Below the pieces are notes generated by a model. It was not told where the DNA came from. It made no database searches and saw only the letters and a program-made list of their open reading frames with translations. 64,000 nucleotides of DNA from IMG/VR virus record IMGVR_UViG_3300002515_000003, positions 64,001-128,000 of that record; one strand, 5' to 3'. Below, piece by piece: positions 11,115 to 22,000 of the stretch. Position 1 is the stretch's first letter. Each line of letters starts with the position of its first letter. This DNA is from a virus. Taxonomy: Duplodnaviria > Caudoviricetes. The position numbers and the translations under genes are program-made.

Positions 11115-13838
11115 ATGAGTTCATTATTTGATAATTTAAATTTAGATAATAAAAAATATAAATACACTCTGACTCAAACGTTAAAGAATAAATTTCCAAT
11201 TAATATTTTAAGTACTGCTTTTAATAGGACATTAGATTCAAGTATTTCTGAGACAGATGTTCTTAAATTTAGTATCCCACTTTATATTGAAGATATTTAT
11301 ACACATGAAAAAATAGAAAATCCTCAATATTCATCGATTTTAACAGAGAACTTAATATTATTAAAAATAGGAGAACCTACAAATCCATTATCTCAATCAT
11401 ATTACATAATAAAGAATCTTAGTGAAAGCACAGACACTCTCAGTTTAGATGTTGAATGTAAAGATAGAAGTTTTTCTTTAGATAGTGATAATATTACTAT
11501 CTCAGGTTCGGGGATTGAAAGAGAATTAATTACAACTGTAGATATTAATAATGTTGTTATCACAGATATTGACAAACTTGGAGTGTTGAATTTAATAGAA
11601 GCTCAGACTACGTGGAAAGTTGGATATATTGACCCAACTTGTCTTATAGATGTATTAGATACCGATTCTTCAGTACCTCGTGTAAGGTGGATTGATGCAA
11701 TTTCAAAGCCGATACTTCAATTCTTAAATGATGACATTGCTACTGCTTATAATTTAATAATAAATTATGACAGTTTTAATAAATTGATAAATATATACAA
11801 CAAGGATTCATATGGTCAGAACACAGGAATAATATTATCTGAACAAAATTACATGAAAAGCTTAGTTAAGTCTACAAAAGGTGACGCAGTTTATACTAGA
11901 CTTAATGTTAGTGGAAAAGATATTCTTATTTCTGATTTAACTTTAGATGGTACTAATTATGTTACAAATTATGATTACTATAAAAAATCAGGACAAATGA
12001 GTGCTGAATTAATTTTAGCTTTAGAATATTTCGATGAATTATTAGCAGTAAAAGACGTTGAATTTAAATTATTAAAAAAGAAATTAGATGAACTAAATGC
12101 AACAATTGTTATTAAAACAAGTGAATTAGGATTATTAACAGAAGGACAAAAAGTATTAGATGGGATTCAAGCAAGTTATGCAATCAATAAAGATGCTTTA
12201 AATTTACCTAATGCAACTAAAAATTGTTCTGATAATATAACTGCCGTAGCGGATAAAAATGGAGAAATTGCTTTATTAAATACACAAGTTATCTCTATTA
12301 ATTTACAAATAACTCAAATAAGTATTGATATAAATAAAAAAACTGCATGTATTGTTAATTCTAAAATATTAATTTTTACAGATAATCTGATAGAAGAGTT
12401 AGAAGATTGGACATTAACACAAGATTGGAGTTCAGATGTTTACACAACTCCTGAATTATTAAAGAAAGCAAGTGAAGAAGCTTTAGCAAAGAATAATATC
12501 CCAATAATTGAATTTCAAATTTCTATGATAGATTTATTTGCACTTATGGAAGCACAACATATATGGGGAAAAATAAAATTGGGAGATTTAGTAAGAATAT
12601 ATTCACCTAAATTAAAAGTGAATATAGATTTAAGAATAGTGAGTTATTCTTATAATATTGATACGAACGCTTTAAATATCGTATTTAGCAATAAAGATAA
12701 TAAACTAGATAAAACGGTTGGGATTGGAAGTAAAATAACACAAGCTGTTAATGCAAGTAAATATGTTAATGCTAAAAAAATAGAATGGAATACAATAAAA
12801 GATACTAAAAATTCAGTTGATACTTTTTTAAATAGTAATTTTGATGTAGCCTTACAACAAATACAAGCCTTATCATCTAGAAATAAAATATCAATGACTG
12901 AGAATGGAATTATAATTTCTGATGCAGTAAACCCTGATGATTTGTTGTACTTGACTGCGGGTCAAATAATTGTTTCTGACGACAATCTTAAAACTGCTAA
13001 GGTCGCAATTAATTCAAGTGGAATAAATTCTGAAGTAATAACAGGACGGCTTTTAATTTCTAAAGAATTATATGTAGAGAATACAGCAGGCAATTTAAGT
13101 TTTACAGAAAATGGGTTTGAGTTAAAAGACGATAAATATAAATTATTACTCTCAGGAAAAGGAATAATTTCACATGATAATTTTGGTTTCCCCGAGCAGG
13201 TCGATAAAGACCATCCCTATGTGATTAATTTTAACGTTAATGAAAATGTAAATGTTATAAGCGAAGTATTGTTGAAATTAACCGTAGAGCCATATAGGGC
13301 TACTGAATCATCTGTACTTGTAGGAGATTCAGGAGGTACTGGAGTTATTACAGGAGGAGCAACAAGCACTTCATTAGCAGGAGGACATAAGACTAAATTG
13401 TTTTCATATGATTCTGATGTTACAAGTGGTGGAGATACTCCATATACCACTTACTTACAATACATGGCAAAGAGTTCAAATAATGGTAATATTCCGTTTG
13501 TATTTAAAACAACTAGTGGGAGCAGTGCTAATCAAGATATATATGCCGAAGAAACTCCAAATCATGTTCATAATATTGCTTCGTCTACTTACACAACAAG
13601 TGCAAGACAATTAGATGGTAGTTTAGTTTATGGAATATGGGAGAAACCAATAACTCTAGAATCTATGCCAATAACAATTGATGGAGTAGTTCGAGCAACG
13701 GCTACGCCTAGTGTTCAGCAGATTGTCGATATTACACAATTTATTGTTACAAAAGGATGGCACTGTATTTCTGTAGGTGCTTCCTCATTAAATAGATATA
13801 GTATTTCAATATCAATGAAATCTTATATCGGTGCTTAA
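11115..13838 (+). CDS. Tail-associated (Tal/tail spike-like) structural protein
   Basis: Follows Dit; YTRLNVSG, KLGDLVRIY...RIVSYSY motifs; coiled coil; 907 aa. Confidence 0.78.
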   Translation: MSSLFDNLNLDNKKYKYTLTQTLKNKFPINILSTAFNRTLDSSISETDVLKFSIPLYIEDIYTHEKIENPQYSSILTENLILLKIGEPTNPLSQSYYIIKNLSESTDTLSLDVECKDRSFSLDSDNITISGSGIERELITTVDINNVVITDIDKLGVLNLIEAQTTWKVGYIDPTCLIDVLDTDSSVPRVRWIDAISKPILQFLNDDIATAYNLIINYDSFNKLINIYNKDSYGQNTGIILSEQNYMKSLVKSTKGDAVYTRLNVSGKDILISDLTLDGTNYVTNYDYYKKSGQMSAELILALEYFDELLAVKDVEFKLLKKKLDELNATIVIKTSELGLLTEGQKVLDGIQASYAINKDALNLPNATKNCSDNITAVADKNGEIALLNTQVISINLQITQISIDINKKTACIVNSKILIFTDNLIEELEDWTLTQDWSSDVYTTPELLKKASEEALAKNNIPIIEFQISMIDLFALMEAQHIWGKIKLGDLVRIYSPKLKVNIDLRIVSYSYNIDTNALNIVFSNKDNKLDKTVGIGSKITQAVNASKYVNAKKIEWNTIKDTKNSVDTFLNSNFDVALQQIQALSSRNKISMTENGIIISDAVNPDDLLYLTAGQIIVSDDNLKTAKVAINSSGINSEVITGRLLISKELYVENTAGNLSFTENGFELKDDKYKLLLSGKGIISHDNFGFPEQVDKDHPYVINFNVNENVNVISEVLLKLTVEPYRATESSVLVGDSGGTGVITGGATSTSLAGGHKTKLFSYDSDVTSGGDTPYTTYLQYMAKSSNNGNIPFVFKTTSGSSANQDIYAEETPNHVHNIASSTYTTSARQLDGSLVYGIWEKPITLESMPITIDGVVRATATPSVQQIVDITQFIVTKGWHCISVGASSLNRYSISISMKSYIGA

Positions 13839-13872
13839 TTATAATAATATAAAATTAATACGATTTAATTTT

Positions 13873-14006
13873 AGAGAATACCATAAGAGACTAATTAACT
13901 CTTATAAAAATAGTTTATCAATCCACTGTTGGTATTCTCTGTTTATATATATAAAATACATGGATTGAAGAATTAAAATAATATAAATGAAGGGATTGAT
14001 TATGAA
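13873..14006 (+). promoter_or_regulatory. Structured 5' leader (three-way junction, anti-SD loop), copy 2
   Basis: AGAGAATACC/GGTATTCTCT 10-bp stem; ATAAGAG/CTCTTAT hairpin; AATAGT/ACTGTT hairpin whose loop TTATCAATCC complements GGATTGA at 13962 and 13993. Confidence 0.65.
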
Positions 14007-15794
14007 GTGTTACTAAATGAAATAACAATAATAAAATGGAATGTAAGAACGAAAAAACATTATGAAGAAAAAGGTTATATATTCACTAAATTTGGTGATG
14101 AATTTGAAATTAAAACAGAAGATTTGACACATGGAAGCCATGAAAGAGTCAATGTAAAATGTGATTGTGAAGACTGTAAAAATCCTTATTTGAAACCCAT
14201 AGTATGGAAAAATTATATAAGATATGTAAAAGAGGATGGAAAATATTATTGTGCTAAATGTTCGCACAAATTATTTAGTGCTGAAAAACTAAGAAAAATA
14301 TTATTAGATAAAGGGACATCATTTGAGAAGTGGTGCTTAAATAATAATAAACAAGATGTTTTTGATAGATGGGATTATGAATTGAATGGCAAAAATCCTG
14401 ATGATATAAATTGTAATACACCTACAACTTATTGGTTTAAATGCCCAAAAGGGTTACACAAAAGTGAATTAAAACATATTAATTATTACACACAAGGACA
14501 TGAGGGAAGTATGTATTGTAATGCTTGTAATAGTTTTGAATGTTGGTGTATAACACATAAAAGAGAGGATATTCTAATTCGTTGGGACTACGAAAAGAAC
14601 AATTGTTTACCCATTGAAATATCTTATGGTACAATGAAAAAATATTATTTTAAATGTCCAATTCATATTCATAGTAGTGAATTGAAAAATATTAATAATT
14701 TTACTAATGGAAGTGAAGGAAGTATAAGATGTAATCAATGTAATTCATTTGAACAATGGTGTATAGATAATGATAGACAAGATATTTTAAATAGATGGGA
14801 TTATGAGTTAAATGATTGTAATCCAATTGAAATACCTTATGGTACAGAAATGAAAAAGTATTTTAAATGTCCACAAGGAATACATAGAAGTGAGTTAAAA
14901 GTTATAAATCACTTTACTATATCGCATCAAGAAGGAAGTATGAGGTGTAATCAATGCAATAGTTTTGCTCAATATCTTATTAATATGTATGGAGACTATG
15001 CTTTAGAATTATATTGGGATTATAAGAAAAATAATGAATTGAAACTCAATCCTTGGGAAATAGACAGATGTTCGGGGAAAGAAATAAATATTTACTGTCA
15101 AGAACAAAATTATCACAAAAGTTACAAAACTAGTTGTGATAATTTTGTTGAAGGTAAAAGATGTCCTCTTTGTTGTAATCATCATGGTAACGTTCATATC
15201 GAGGATTCACTAGGAACATTATTCCCACAAGTATTAGAAATTTGGAGTGATAAAAATATAAAATCACCTTTTGAATGTACTCCATATGGGCATGATGAGA
15301 TTTGGTGGAAATGTCCTGATGGAAAACATATAGATTATTTAAGAATTGTAAAAGATTCAAATACTTACGAATTTAGATGTCCAGAATGCGGATTTTATAA
15401 AGGTGAAAAGAAGATAGAAGAATGGTTATTGAAAAACTGTTTTAAAAATATAAACGAATATGATTGTGGAAGAATAGATGAAAAGAATAAATATTATAAA
15501 CCTCAGAAAAAATTTGATGGTTTATTAGGTTTAAAAAATGGTCAATTGTCCTATGATTTTTACTTACCTAATCATAACCTTTTAATAGAATATCAAGGAG
15601 AACAACATGAAAAACCTATTGCATTTTTTGGAGGAGAAGAACAATTTATTAAACAGGTTGAACACGATAAACGTAAAAAACAATACGCAAAAGATAACAA
15701 TATAAAATTATTGCCAATTTGGTACTATGATTATGATAATATAGAAATTATCATTGATAATTATTTAAAGGAGGTTAATAAAAATGGCATTTGA
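14007..15794 (+). CDS. Free-standing putative homing endonuclease, paralog of 9702..11090, with tandem Zn-ribbon repeats and a PD-(D/E)XK domain
   Basis: Same N-domain; three ~71-aa repeats; YDFYLP...LIEYQGEQH...HDKRK...IWY; GTG start. Confidence 0.78.
   Translation: MLLNEITIIKWNVRTKKHYEEKGYIFTKFGDEFEIKTEDLTHGSHERVNVKCDCEDCKNPYLKPIVWKNYIRYVKEDGKYYCAKCSHKLFSAEKLRKILLDKGTSFEKWCLNNNKQDVFDRWDYELNGKNPDDINCNTPTTYWFKCPKGLHKSELKHINYYTQGHEGSMYCNACNSFECWCITHKREDILIRWDYEKNNCLPIEISYGTMKKYYFKCPIHIHSSELKNINNFTNGSEGSIRCNQCNSFEQWCIDNDRQDILNRWDYELNDCNPIEIPYGTEMKKYFKCPQGIHRSELKVINHFTISHQEGSMRCNQCNSFAQYLINMYGDYALELYWDYKKNNELKLNPWEIDRCSGKEINIYCQEQNYHKSYKTSCDNFVEGKRCPLCCNHHGNVHIEDSLGTLFPQVLEIWSDKNIKSPFECTPYGHDEIWWKCPDGKHIDYLRIVKDSNTYEFRCPECGFYKGEKKIEEWLLKNCFKNINEYDCGRIDEKNKYYKPQKKFDGLLGLKNGQLSYDFYLPNHNLLIEYQGEQHEKPIAFFGGEEQFIKQVEHDKRKKQYAKDNNIKLLPIWYYDYDNIEIIIDNYLKEVNKNGI
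14319..14960 (+). repeat. Three tandem 213-216 bp coding repeats (SFExWC...RWDYE...FKC..GxHxSELK...CNxCN)
   Basis: Units start at 14319, 14532 and 14745; a diverged unit starts at 14961. Confidence 0.85.
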
Positions 15795-16260
15795 ATTAGA
15801 AGTACAAACTAAATACGGAGTTAATGCTAATTACTGGAAAATATCAAAAGTTGAAAAAGATTATTTTAGTTCTTCGGCTTTTGTAATTATCTATGGCTTT
15901 AAAGACCAATTTACTCGTGAGCAAATGAAAGATTGTCTAGAGAAAAGATATATAAATGTGTATCCAAATAATTTTGACCCAGTATTTGGTATGGAACAAT
16001 TAAGTCAAACAGGTATGAATGATTTAAAATCACTTTATATTTATATTAAAGAAAACGAACCTGAGTTTAAAGATGCCATTATTGTTGATGAAGAACCTTT
16101 AGTAGTTACTCTACCAACGATAGAAGAACCTATCACAGATGTGCCAATAGAAGAAACTCCAATAGATAACACTACAATAGAAGTTCCAATAACAGAAATA
16201 CCAACCACCAATACCACTGTAATTCCCGATTCCACAACAAACGAAACTCCAACTTCATAA
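15784..16260 (+). CDS. Small tail-associated protein with P/T/E-rich C-terminal tail
   Basis: RBS AAGGAGG; tail-module position; GVNANYWKI N-terminus. Confidence 0.6.
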   Translation: MAFELEVQTKYGVNANYWKISKVEKDYFSSSAFVIIYGFKDQFTREQMKDCLEKRYINVYPNNFDPVFGMEQLSQTGMNDLKSLYIYIKENEPEFKDAIIVDEEPLVVTLPTIEEPITDVPIEETPIDNTTIEVPITEIPTTNTTVIPDSTTNETPTS

Positions 16261-16328
16261 AACATATATAACCAACGATGATATCAAATTAAATATAAAA
16301 AATAATATAAAAAGGAGTGATATAATAA

Positions 16329-19300
16329 ATGTCAACTCAAAAACCATATTCATTTTCAATTGACTTATATCAACCAAGTCCAATTCCTAAGATGGAATTT
16401 TATCAAACAGATAGAAATAATTGTGTAATGAATATCATATTAAAAAAACAACAAAAGGGATTAGATATGACAGGATTAACTCCTTATTGTGCAATTTTAA
16501 AACCTGACAACACTTTATCAATTTATTCCAATGATGTATTTGTAACAGATTTAGAGGATGGACAAATTCAAGTAACATTATCAATGCAATCTTTAGGTTC
16601 TGTAGGATTATGTCATGCACAAATATTTCTAACATCTGGAGCAAATACAAAAATAACATTGCCTGAATTTACATTTAGAGTTAGAAAATCATATGAAGAA
16701 GATGGATTATTTGAACAAACAAATGAATTCCCTATTATGAGTTCTGTTGCAAATATCATAGCAAACTTTCAAGAAAAAGGTGATTATGATAATACAGTAA
16801 AATATGAAGTATATAATATGGTAAGATATGGTATTGGAAATTACATAAATACAAATTCTTGCACAGGAATTATTCCTACAAATATTACTAATTGGAAACT
16901 TGTTAGTAGGGATGGTAAAAATGGATTTTCTGCTATGCAAACAAGCACGTTTACTGCAATAGCAAATGGAACTTCACATATTATAACAGGATTTGTAAAT
17001 TATGATGATACACATGATAATATTCAAGTTATAGATTCCTACACGGGAGGAGAATTAATTGAAGGAATAAATTATACTTGTAATACAGATGGGGCTAGTA
17101 TTGATTTAATAGGATGGACTGTTGATATAGGATATTCATTTGGATTTACATTATATTCAAATTTAAATGGTGCAACATTACAATCTGATATAGATAATGC
17201 TATTGCTCAAAAAGCTTTGCTTGAAGCAAGTATCATAGAAGCTAAAAAAAGTACGTTTGCAGATGAGATTGCTAATGGAAGACAAGGGAAAACTAGTATA
17301 TTAGAAAATTTTCAAGAAAAGGATGTAAAAATAGCAAATTTAATAGCAGAAGTTGTAGCAAGTAGACAAGGCTCTGCAAGTTTATTAGCTAATTTGCAAG
17401 GTAATGATGCAGTAATGGCACAAGCTATTGCAACTAATTTTACCACTACTACTAATTTAAATAAAATTAATACAGATAAAATAAACATCATAGGAGACCC
17501 AACTTTAGTAGATAATTATACACCTAAATCTATGACTGTAAGGATAGAAGATAGCGATAGTGGACTAAAATATGTCGGTGCATTTGTAGCAGTTACATCC
17601 CCTATATATCCTTATTTGACATCACATGTATCTACAAGCGTAAATGACGTTGTAAATTTCACTTTTACTGGTTCTGCAATTAAATTATATGATATAACAA
17701 CTCCTAATAGTGGAATTATAGAAATATTTATTGATGGGATTAGCAAAGGTAAAATAGATAGATATTCTACTGCTATTACAACAGGACAAAAAGCTTATGA
17801 GGTTGCTAATTTAGTTTATGGAGAACATTTATTTAAAATAGTAAATACAGAAACTAAAAATGTAAATTCTACTGGATATGCTTTTGCCTTAGATTATTTA
17901 GAAATAATTACAAATTCTTCAATCCTTAGAGACGTTTCATTAGAGGTAACAAATAGTGTAAAACAAGGTGATATATATCTTAACGTTAAAGATTTTGGTG
18001 CTAAAGGGGATGGAGTGACAGATGATACACTTGCCATTCAAGATTGTATAAATCATGCAACTAATACAAGCACAATATTTTTTCCATCAACAGGACTACA
18101 TTTTTATAATGTTTCTAGTTTAACAATTCCAACAACAACATCTGATTTAAGATTATTAGGTTCAGGAATGGTTCATAGTTGGATTAAATTTACATCAAAC
18201 GTTGCAGTATCTATATTAACAAATGGTTGTCATTTTAGTAATATGAGATTGACAGGAACTGGATTCTCTACAAGTGGTAGTACTATATTTAAAGACAATA
18301 GAACATTAAATACAGCAGATTTTGATTTTAGTATGGATAATTGTTATATATCAGATGCAGAGACTGTAGTAGATGTAAAAGGTAGAGGTGTTAGTATTGA
18401 TTCAAGTTTCTTTTATAATATTCGTTATCAAATAATAAAAGCTGATTTCCCAGCAGTATCAGTATTTGTTGCAGGAGCAGAAACTACTCAAAAATTTGCA
18501 ACAGGTTTTAGAGGTTTCGTATTTAGAAATAGTGGAGTACATTATTCTCCATGTTCAATTATAACTAATCTTGGAGCAAACGCTAAAAACATGGTTGGTA
18601 TTTTAATAACAGGGAATAAATTAGAGGGTTCTGTTTCATATTTCGAAGGTTATGCTAGAAACATGACTATATCAAATAATATTCATTACCACGTTGGTAA
18701 TACTAGAGAAGCATTAATAATGTTACATGGATGTGATAATGTGAATATTGATGTTAATGTAAGTGGAATGAAAGTTGAAGTTGATGGTGTTAATTCTTAT
18801 TGCAATAAACTTGTACATTGTAGTGGTTTTTACAACAATCTTACAATCAAGGCAAATATACAAGACACTTGGAAAGATGTATTTTGTTTTACTGCTGGAG
18901 GTAATAACTTAGATATACAAGTAAATGCTGGTAGGATATGTCAGAACAGAGATGCAGACTATAATTTAGTTAGACTCTTAACTCCTTCAGCTATTTATGA
19001 TGGAGTTAATGTTCGTGGTTCAACAACTAGCCCTTTTAATCATTTTATGGGTATTCAAAGGGATTCTAATCAAGTTAATAACTATAACGTCAACTTAGAT
19101 ATTATAGGAGATTTTTATATGTATGATAATCTCAATTCTTTAAGTGCAGGTGTAAGAAGAACATTAACAGGGATATATGGTGGAGATGGAAAAGCTACAC
19201 AATATGTACAAGTTAAATATAAACCAGCTTTAGTACAAATAATGGCAGTTGGATATGTTGGTATAAAACCAGTAGGAACATCAGTTATATCTGGTGAAAT

Positions 19301-19379
19301 TACAATTACTGATGGAGGTTTTGTTATAACAGGTATTGCTAACACTTTAAATAAAATTTATGCTTATACAGTTATGTGA
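16329..19379 (+). CDS. BppU-type baseplate/receptor-binding protein with a CBM-like domain and a pectin-lyase-like beta-helix (putative depolymerase)
   Basis: FYQTD...KPD...DGQI BppU-like N-terminus; NVKDFGAKGDGVTDDTLAIQ motif. Confidence 0.8.
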   Translation: MSTQKPYSFSIDLYQPSPIPKMEFYQTDRNNCVMNIILKKQQKGLDMTGLTPYCAILKPDNTLSIYSNDVFVTDLEDGQIQVTLSMQSLGSVGLCHAQIFLTSGANTKITLPEFTFRVRKSYEEDGLFEQTNEFPIMSSVANIIANFQEKGDYDNTVKYEVYNMVRYGIGNYINTNSCTGIIPTNITNWKLVSRDGKNGFSAMQTSTFTAIANGTSHIITGFVNYDDTHDNIQVIDSYTGGELIEGINYTCNTDGASIDLIGWTVDIGYSFGFTLYSNLNGATLQSDIDNAIAQKALLEASIIEAKKSTFADEIANGRQGKTSILENFQEKDVKIANLIAEVVASRQGSASLLANLQGNDAVMAQAIATNFTTTTNLNKINTDKINIIGDPTLVDNYTPKSMTVRIEDSDSGLKYVGAFVAVTSPIYPYLTSHVSTSVNDVVNFTFTGSAIKLYDITTPNSGIIEIFIDGISKGKIDRYSTAITTGQKAYEVANLVYGEHLFKIVNTETKNVNSTGYAFALDYLEIITNSSILRDVSLEVTNSVKQGDIYLNVKDFGAKGDGVTDDTLAIQDCINHATNTSTIFFPSTGLHFYNVSSLTIPTTTSDLRLLGSGMVHSWIKFTSNVAVSILTNGCHFSNMRLTGTGFSTSGSTIFKDNRTLNTADFDFSMDNCYISDAETVVDVKGRGVSIDSSFFYNIRYQIIKADFPAVSVFVAGAETTQKFATGFRGFVFRNSGVHYSPCSIITNLGANAKNMVGILITGNKLEGSVSYFEGYARNMTISNNIHYHVGNTREALIMLHGCDNVNIDVNVSGMKVEVDGVNSYCNKLVHCSGFYNNLTIKANIQDTWKDVFCFTAGGNNLDIQVNAGRICQNRDADYNLVRLLTPSAIYDGVNVRGSTTSPFNHFMGIQRDSNQVNNYNVNLDIIGDFYMYDNLNSLSAGVRRTLTGIYGGDGKATQYVQVKYKPALVQIMAVGYVGIKPVGTSVISGEITITDGGFVITGIANTLNKIYAYTVM

Positions 19380-19394
19380 TTAAAACAATATAAA

Positions 19395-19438
19395 TTAATA
19401 ATAAGAAGCCACATTAATTTGTGGTTTTTATTATTAAA
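19395..19438 (+). terminator. Long hairpin/terminator
   Basis: TTAATAATAAGAAGCCACA / TGTGGTTTTTATTATTAA inverted repeat. Confidence 0.55.
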
Positions 19439-19455
19439 AAGAGGAGGAATTATAA

Positions 19456-19845
19456 ATGGGAGCTTTATCAATAATCGAAGATATTAAAAAACTTATAGTA
19501 GAGTTTGATGAATTAATAATTAACGAAAATAATAATACTGCTATTTTAAATGAATCAAAAGGAGTAGAAGAAAGTTTAGCTATTCGATTAGATAAAATAA
19601 ATTTAGAATTATCCAAAAAGAAGAAAGAGGTGTCATTTATAGCCATAGCAGATAACGCTTCTAATATTACTTTTGAGGGTATTTTAGATTTGACATTAAT
19701 ATCTTTTGATTTAACTTTCAAAGGTGTTTTATTCGATGAAACTAATTTTTCTATTAATCCTGAAAATCTATCTGAAATAATCTTAACAGATTGGAGTATT
19801 AATACTGGAGATAAAATATTGTTGAAATATTTTGCTAATATGTAA
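19456..19845 (+). CDS. Hypothetical tail-module protein
   Basis: RBS GAGGAGG; C-terminus (LTDWSINTGD) resembles a segment of the 16329 protein (LIGWTVDIGY). Confidence 0.65.
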   Translation: MGALSIIEDIKKLIVEFDELIINENNNTAILNESKGVEESLAIRLDKINLELSKKKKEVSFIAIADNASNITFEGILDLTLISFDLTFKGVLFDETNFSINPENLSEIILTDWSINTGDKILLKYFANM

Positions 19846-19965
19846 TAAAAGTAACTAAAGATAAAAATATAAAATAAAAGAGAGGTTATTTAAATGATTA
19901 AAAATAAGACTGATAATATGAATAAATATGCGATAAAAATGAGTAACTATAAGGAGGTTTTATAA

Positions 19966-21522
19966 ATGAGTGCATTGCCAGTAGTACAAGATATAAAAGA
20001 TTTAAGAACGGACGTAAACCTCAAGTCTAGTCAAATATCGTTAAATGAAACTAATAATAATGTTACGAATATATCTACAGAGTTAACAAATTCAAGAGGT
20101 GGTAAAGTAAATTTAAATGCTCGACTTATAGAAAATGAGTCGAGTTTGGCAAATAATTTGACGCAAGTAGCATTGAAAGTAGATAAAGTTATTGGCAAAG
20201 GATTATCTACAAATGATTATAGTGCTACGGAAAAAGCAGAGGTTGCAAAAGTAGCAATAAAAGCTGATAAAGCTTATACAGATTTGCAAATAGCAAATGT
20301 AGCAAGCGGGACACCAAGAACAACTTATGCAACATTGGCTTTATTGGTAGCAGGGATACCAACAGGGAATATCTATAGTTATGTATGTACCGATGGTCAT
20401 AGATATTGGTGGAATGGCACTGCATGGACAGATGGAGGAATATATCAAAGTGTAGGAGTTGCAGATAGATGGATAACCCCTATAAAAACATCATTTTTCA
20501 ATGACATATTGAATTATTTTAATAGTGCTACTGGTTTGACTGATAAAGATGTAGACCGTAATAACGGTAATTATTTAACTTTTGTTGGAAGAATGGCAAG
20601 CGAATTTATACCAATAGAGGGAAATACAACTTGGCTTTGTAATTATAGTGGTAATTATGCGTTTTGTGATGTGGAAACTGCTTTTATAAGTGGTGGGATT
20701 ATTACACCTAATGTAGCTTTTACAGCACCTTCTAATGCAAAATACGTAATAATATCCGTTGCAGGATTATCTAATGTACCTACCGCAATGTTGAGTAAAG
20801 ACGCCTTACCAACAACATATAAACCTTATGGTACAACATATATAAATCCAAATTATATTGACGCCTATGCTTTATCTCAAAGTGAAGATTTCCAAATTCC
20901 AATGGCAACCAGTAAATTTGCTACTTTAACATGGAATAGTGAGGGTGATAGTATTACTGCAAATGGTCTATATCAGCCATTAGTACAAGCTAAATTAGGT
21001 TTTGCATTAATTAGAAACACTGGAATAGGTGGCACTTATTTGGCTTCAAATGCTGATGGTTCAAATACTGACGCTATTGTGTTTAGATACCTAAACATGA
21101 ATAACGATGCAGATGTTATTACAATAGGTGGTGGTACAAATGACTGGGGAGCTAATGTCCCAATAGGAACAGTTGGGACAATGGATATAAAAACAATTAG
21201 AGGTGCAGTAGCTACAATTATAGAGGGATTAAATACTAAATATCCAGGCAAATATATTATTTGGTTAACCTTGCCTAAAAGAAATAATGGTTATACGACC
21301 ACAGGAGTTAACGCGAATGGAGATAGTACAAGGGATTACGCAAAGGCTATTATTGATGTATGCGAATCCTATGCTACACCTTGCATAGACTTAGAACAAT
21401 TAAGTGGTATAAATAAATATAACGATACCTCATATCTAGGTGATGGAATACATCCCATCGAATTAGGTAATAAGAGGATAGCAAGTTTAATAATTGATAT
21501 GTTTAATAAAGTAGTTTATTAA
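19966..21522 (+). CDS. Tail fibre/RBP with C-terminal SGNH/GDSL esterase
   Basis: KVDKVIGKGLSTNDY fibre motif; GDSITA, GGTNDW and DGIHP SGNH blocks. Confidence 0.82.
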   Translation: MSALPVVQDIKDLRTDVNLKSSQISLNETNNNVTNISTELTNSRGGKVNLNARLIENESSLANNLTQVALKVDKVIGKGLSTNDYSATEKAEVAKVAIKADKAYTDLQIANVASGTPRTTYATLALLVAGIPTGNIYSYVCTDGHRYWWNGTAWTDGGIYQSVGVADRWITPIKTSFFNDILNYFNSATGLTDKDVDRNNGNYLTFVGRMASEFIPIEGNTTWLCNYSGNYAFCDVETAFISGGIITPNVAFTAPSNAKYVIISVAGLSNVPTAMLSKDALPTTYKPYGTTYINPNYIDAYALSQSEDFQIPMATSKFATLTWNSEGDSITANGLYQPLVQAKLGFALIRNTGIGGTYLASNADGSNTDAIVFRYLNMNNDADVITIGGGTNDWGANVPIGTVGTMDIKTIRGAVATIIEGLNTKYPGKYIIWLTLPKRNNGYTTTGVNANGDSTRDYAKAIIDVCESYATPCIDLEQLSGINKYNDTSYLGDGIHPIELGNKRIASLIIDMFNKVVY

Positions 21523-21557
21523 TTGCTTCGATATAGGAAAAAATATATGAAAGTGAG

Positions 21558-21797
21558 ATGAAAAATATGAGTTGGGGTTCTGAGTTAGAAGATTATGAAT
21601 GTAATGATTGCGGAAAAATATTTCAGTTTAAAATGGATACATTATTTATTGCTAGTCATGGAGGATTACCTATAAAATGTCCGAAGTGTAAAAACAACAA
21701 AATAGAGAAATTAACTACAAATTCTAAAGGCTGTTATGAATTAATAGAAGAGTATAGAACATTATTTAAACATCGAAAAAAACGATGTAATTTATAA
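21558..21797 (+). CDS. Small zinc-ribbon protein
   Basis: YECNDCG...CPKCK motif. Confidence 0.6.
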   Translation: MKNMSWGSELEDYECNDCGKIFQFKMDTLFIASHGGLPIKCPKCKNNKIEKLTTNSKGCYELIEEYRTLFKHRKKRCNL

Positions 21798-22000
21798 AAC
21801 AGCTTAATGACAGAATAGGGAAAATAACTCATAATCAGCGTTAAATCTAAATACGGGATTACCAGTTAAAATTCATGGTATTGCAACCATTTAGGTAAAA
21901 GATACTAAAAATTAATGCATTTTTGGAAGAATTATATCAAAATAGTAAATAAAGTAGTATAATTGCTTGTAGATATTTTATATTTAAGGGGTGGTTTATA

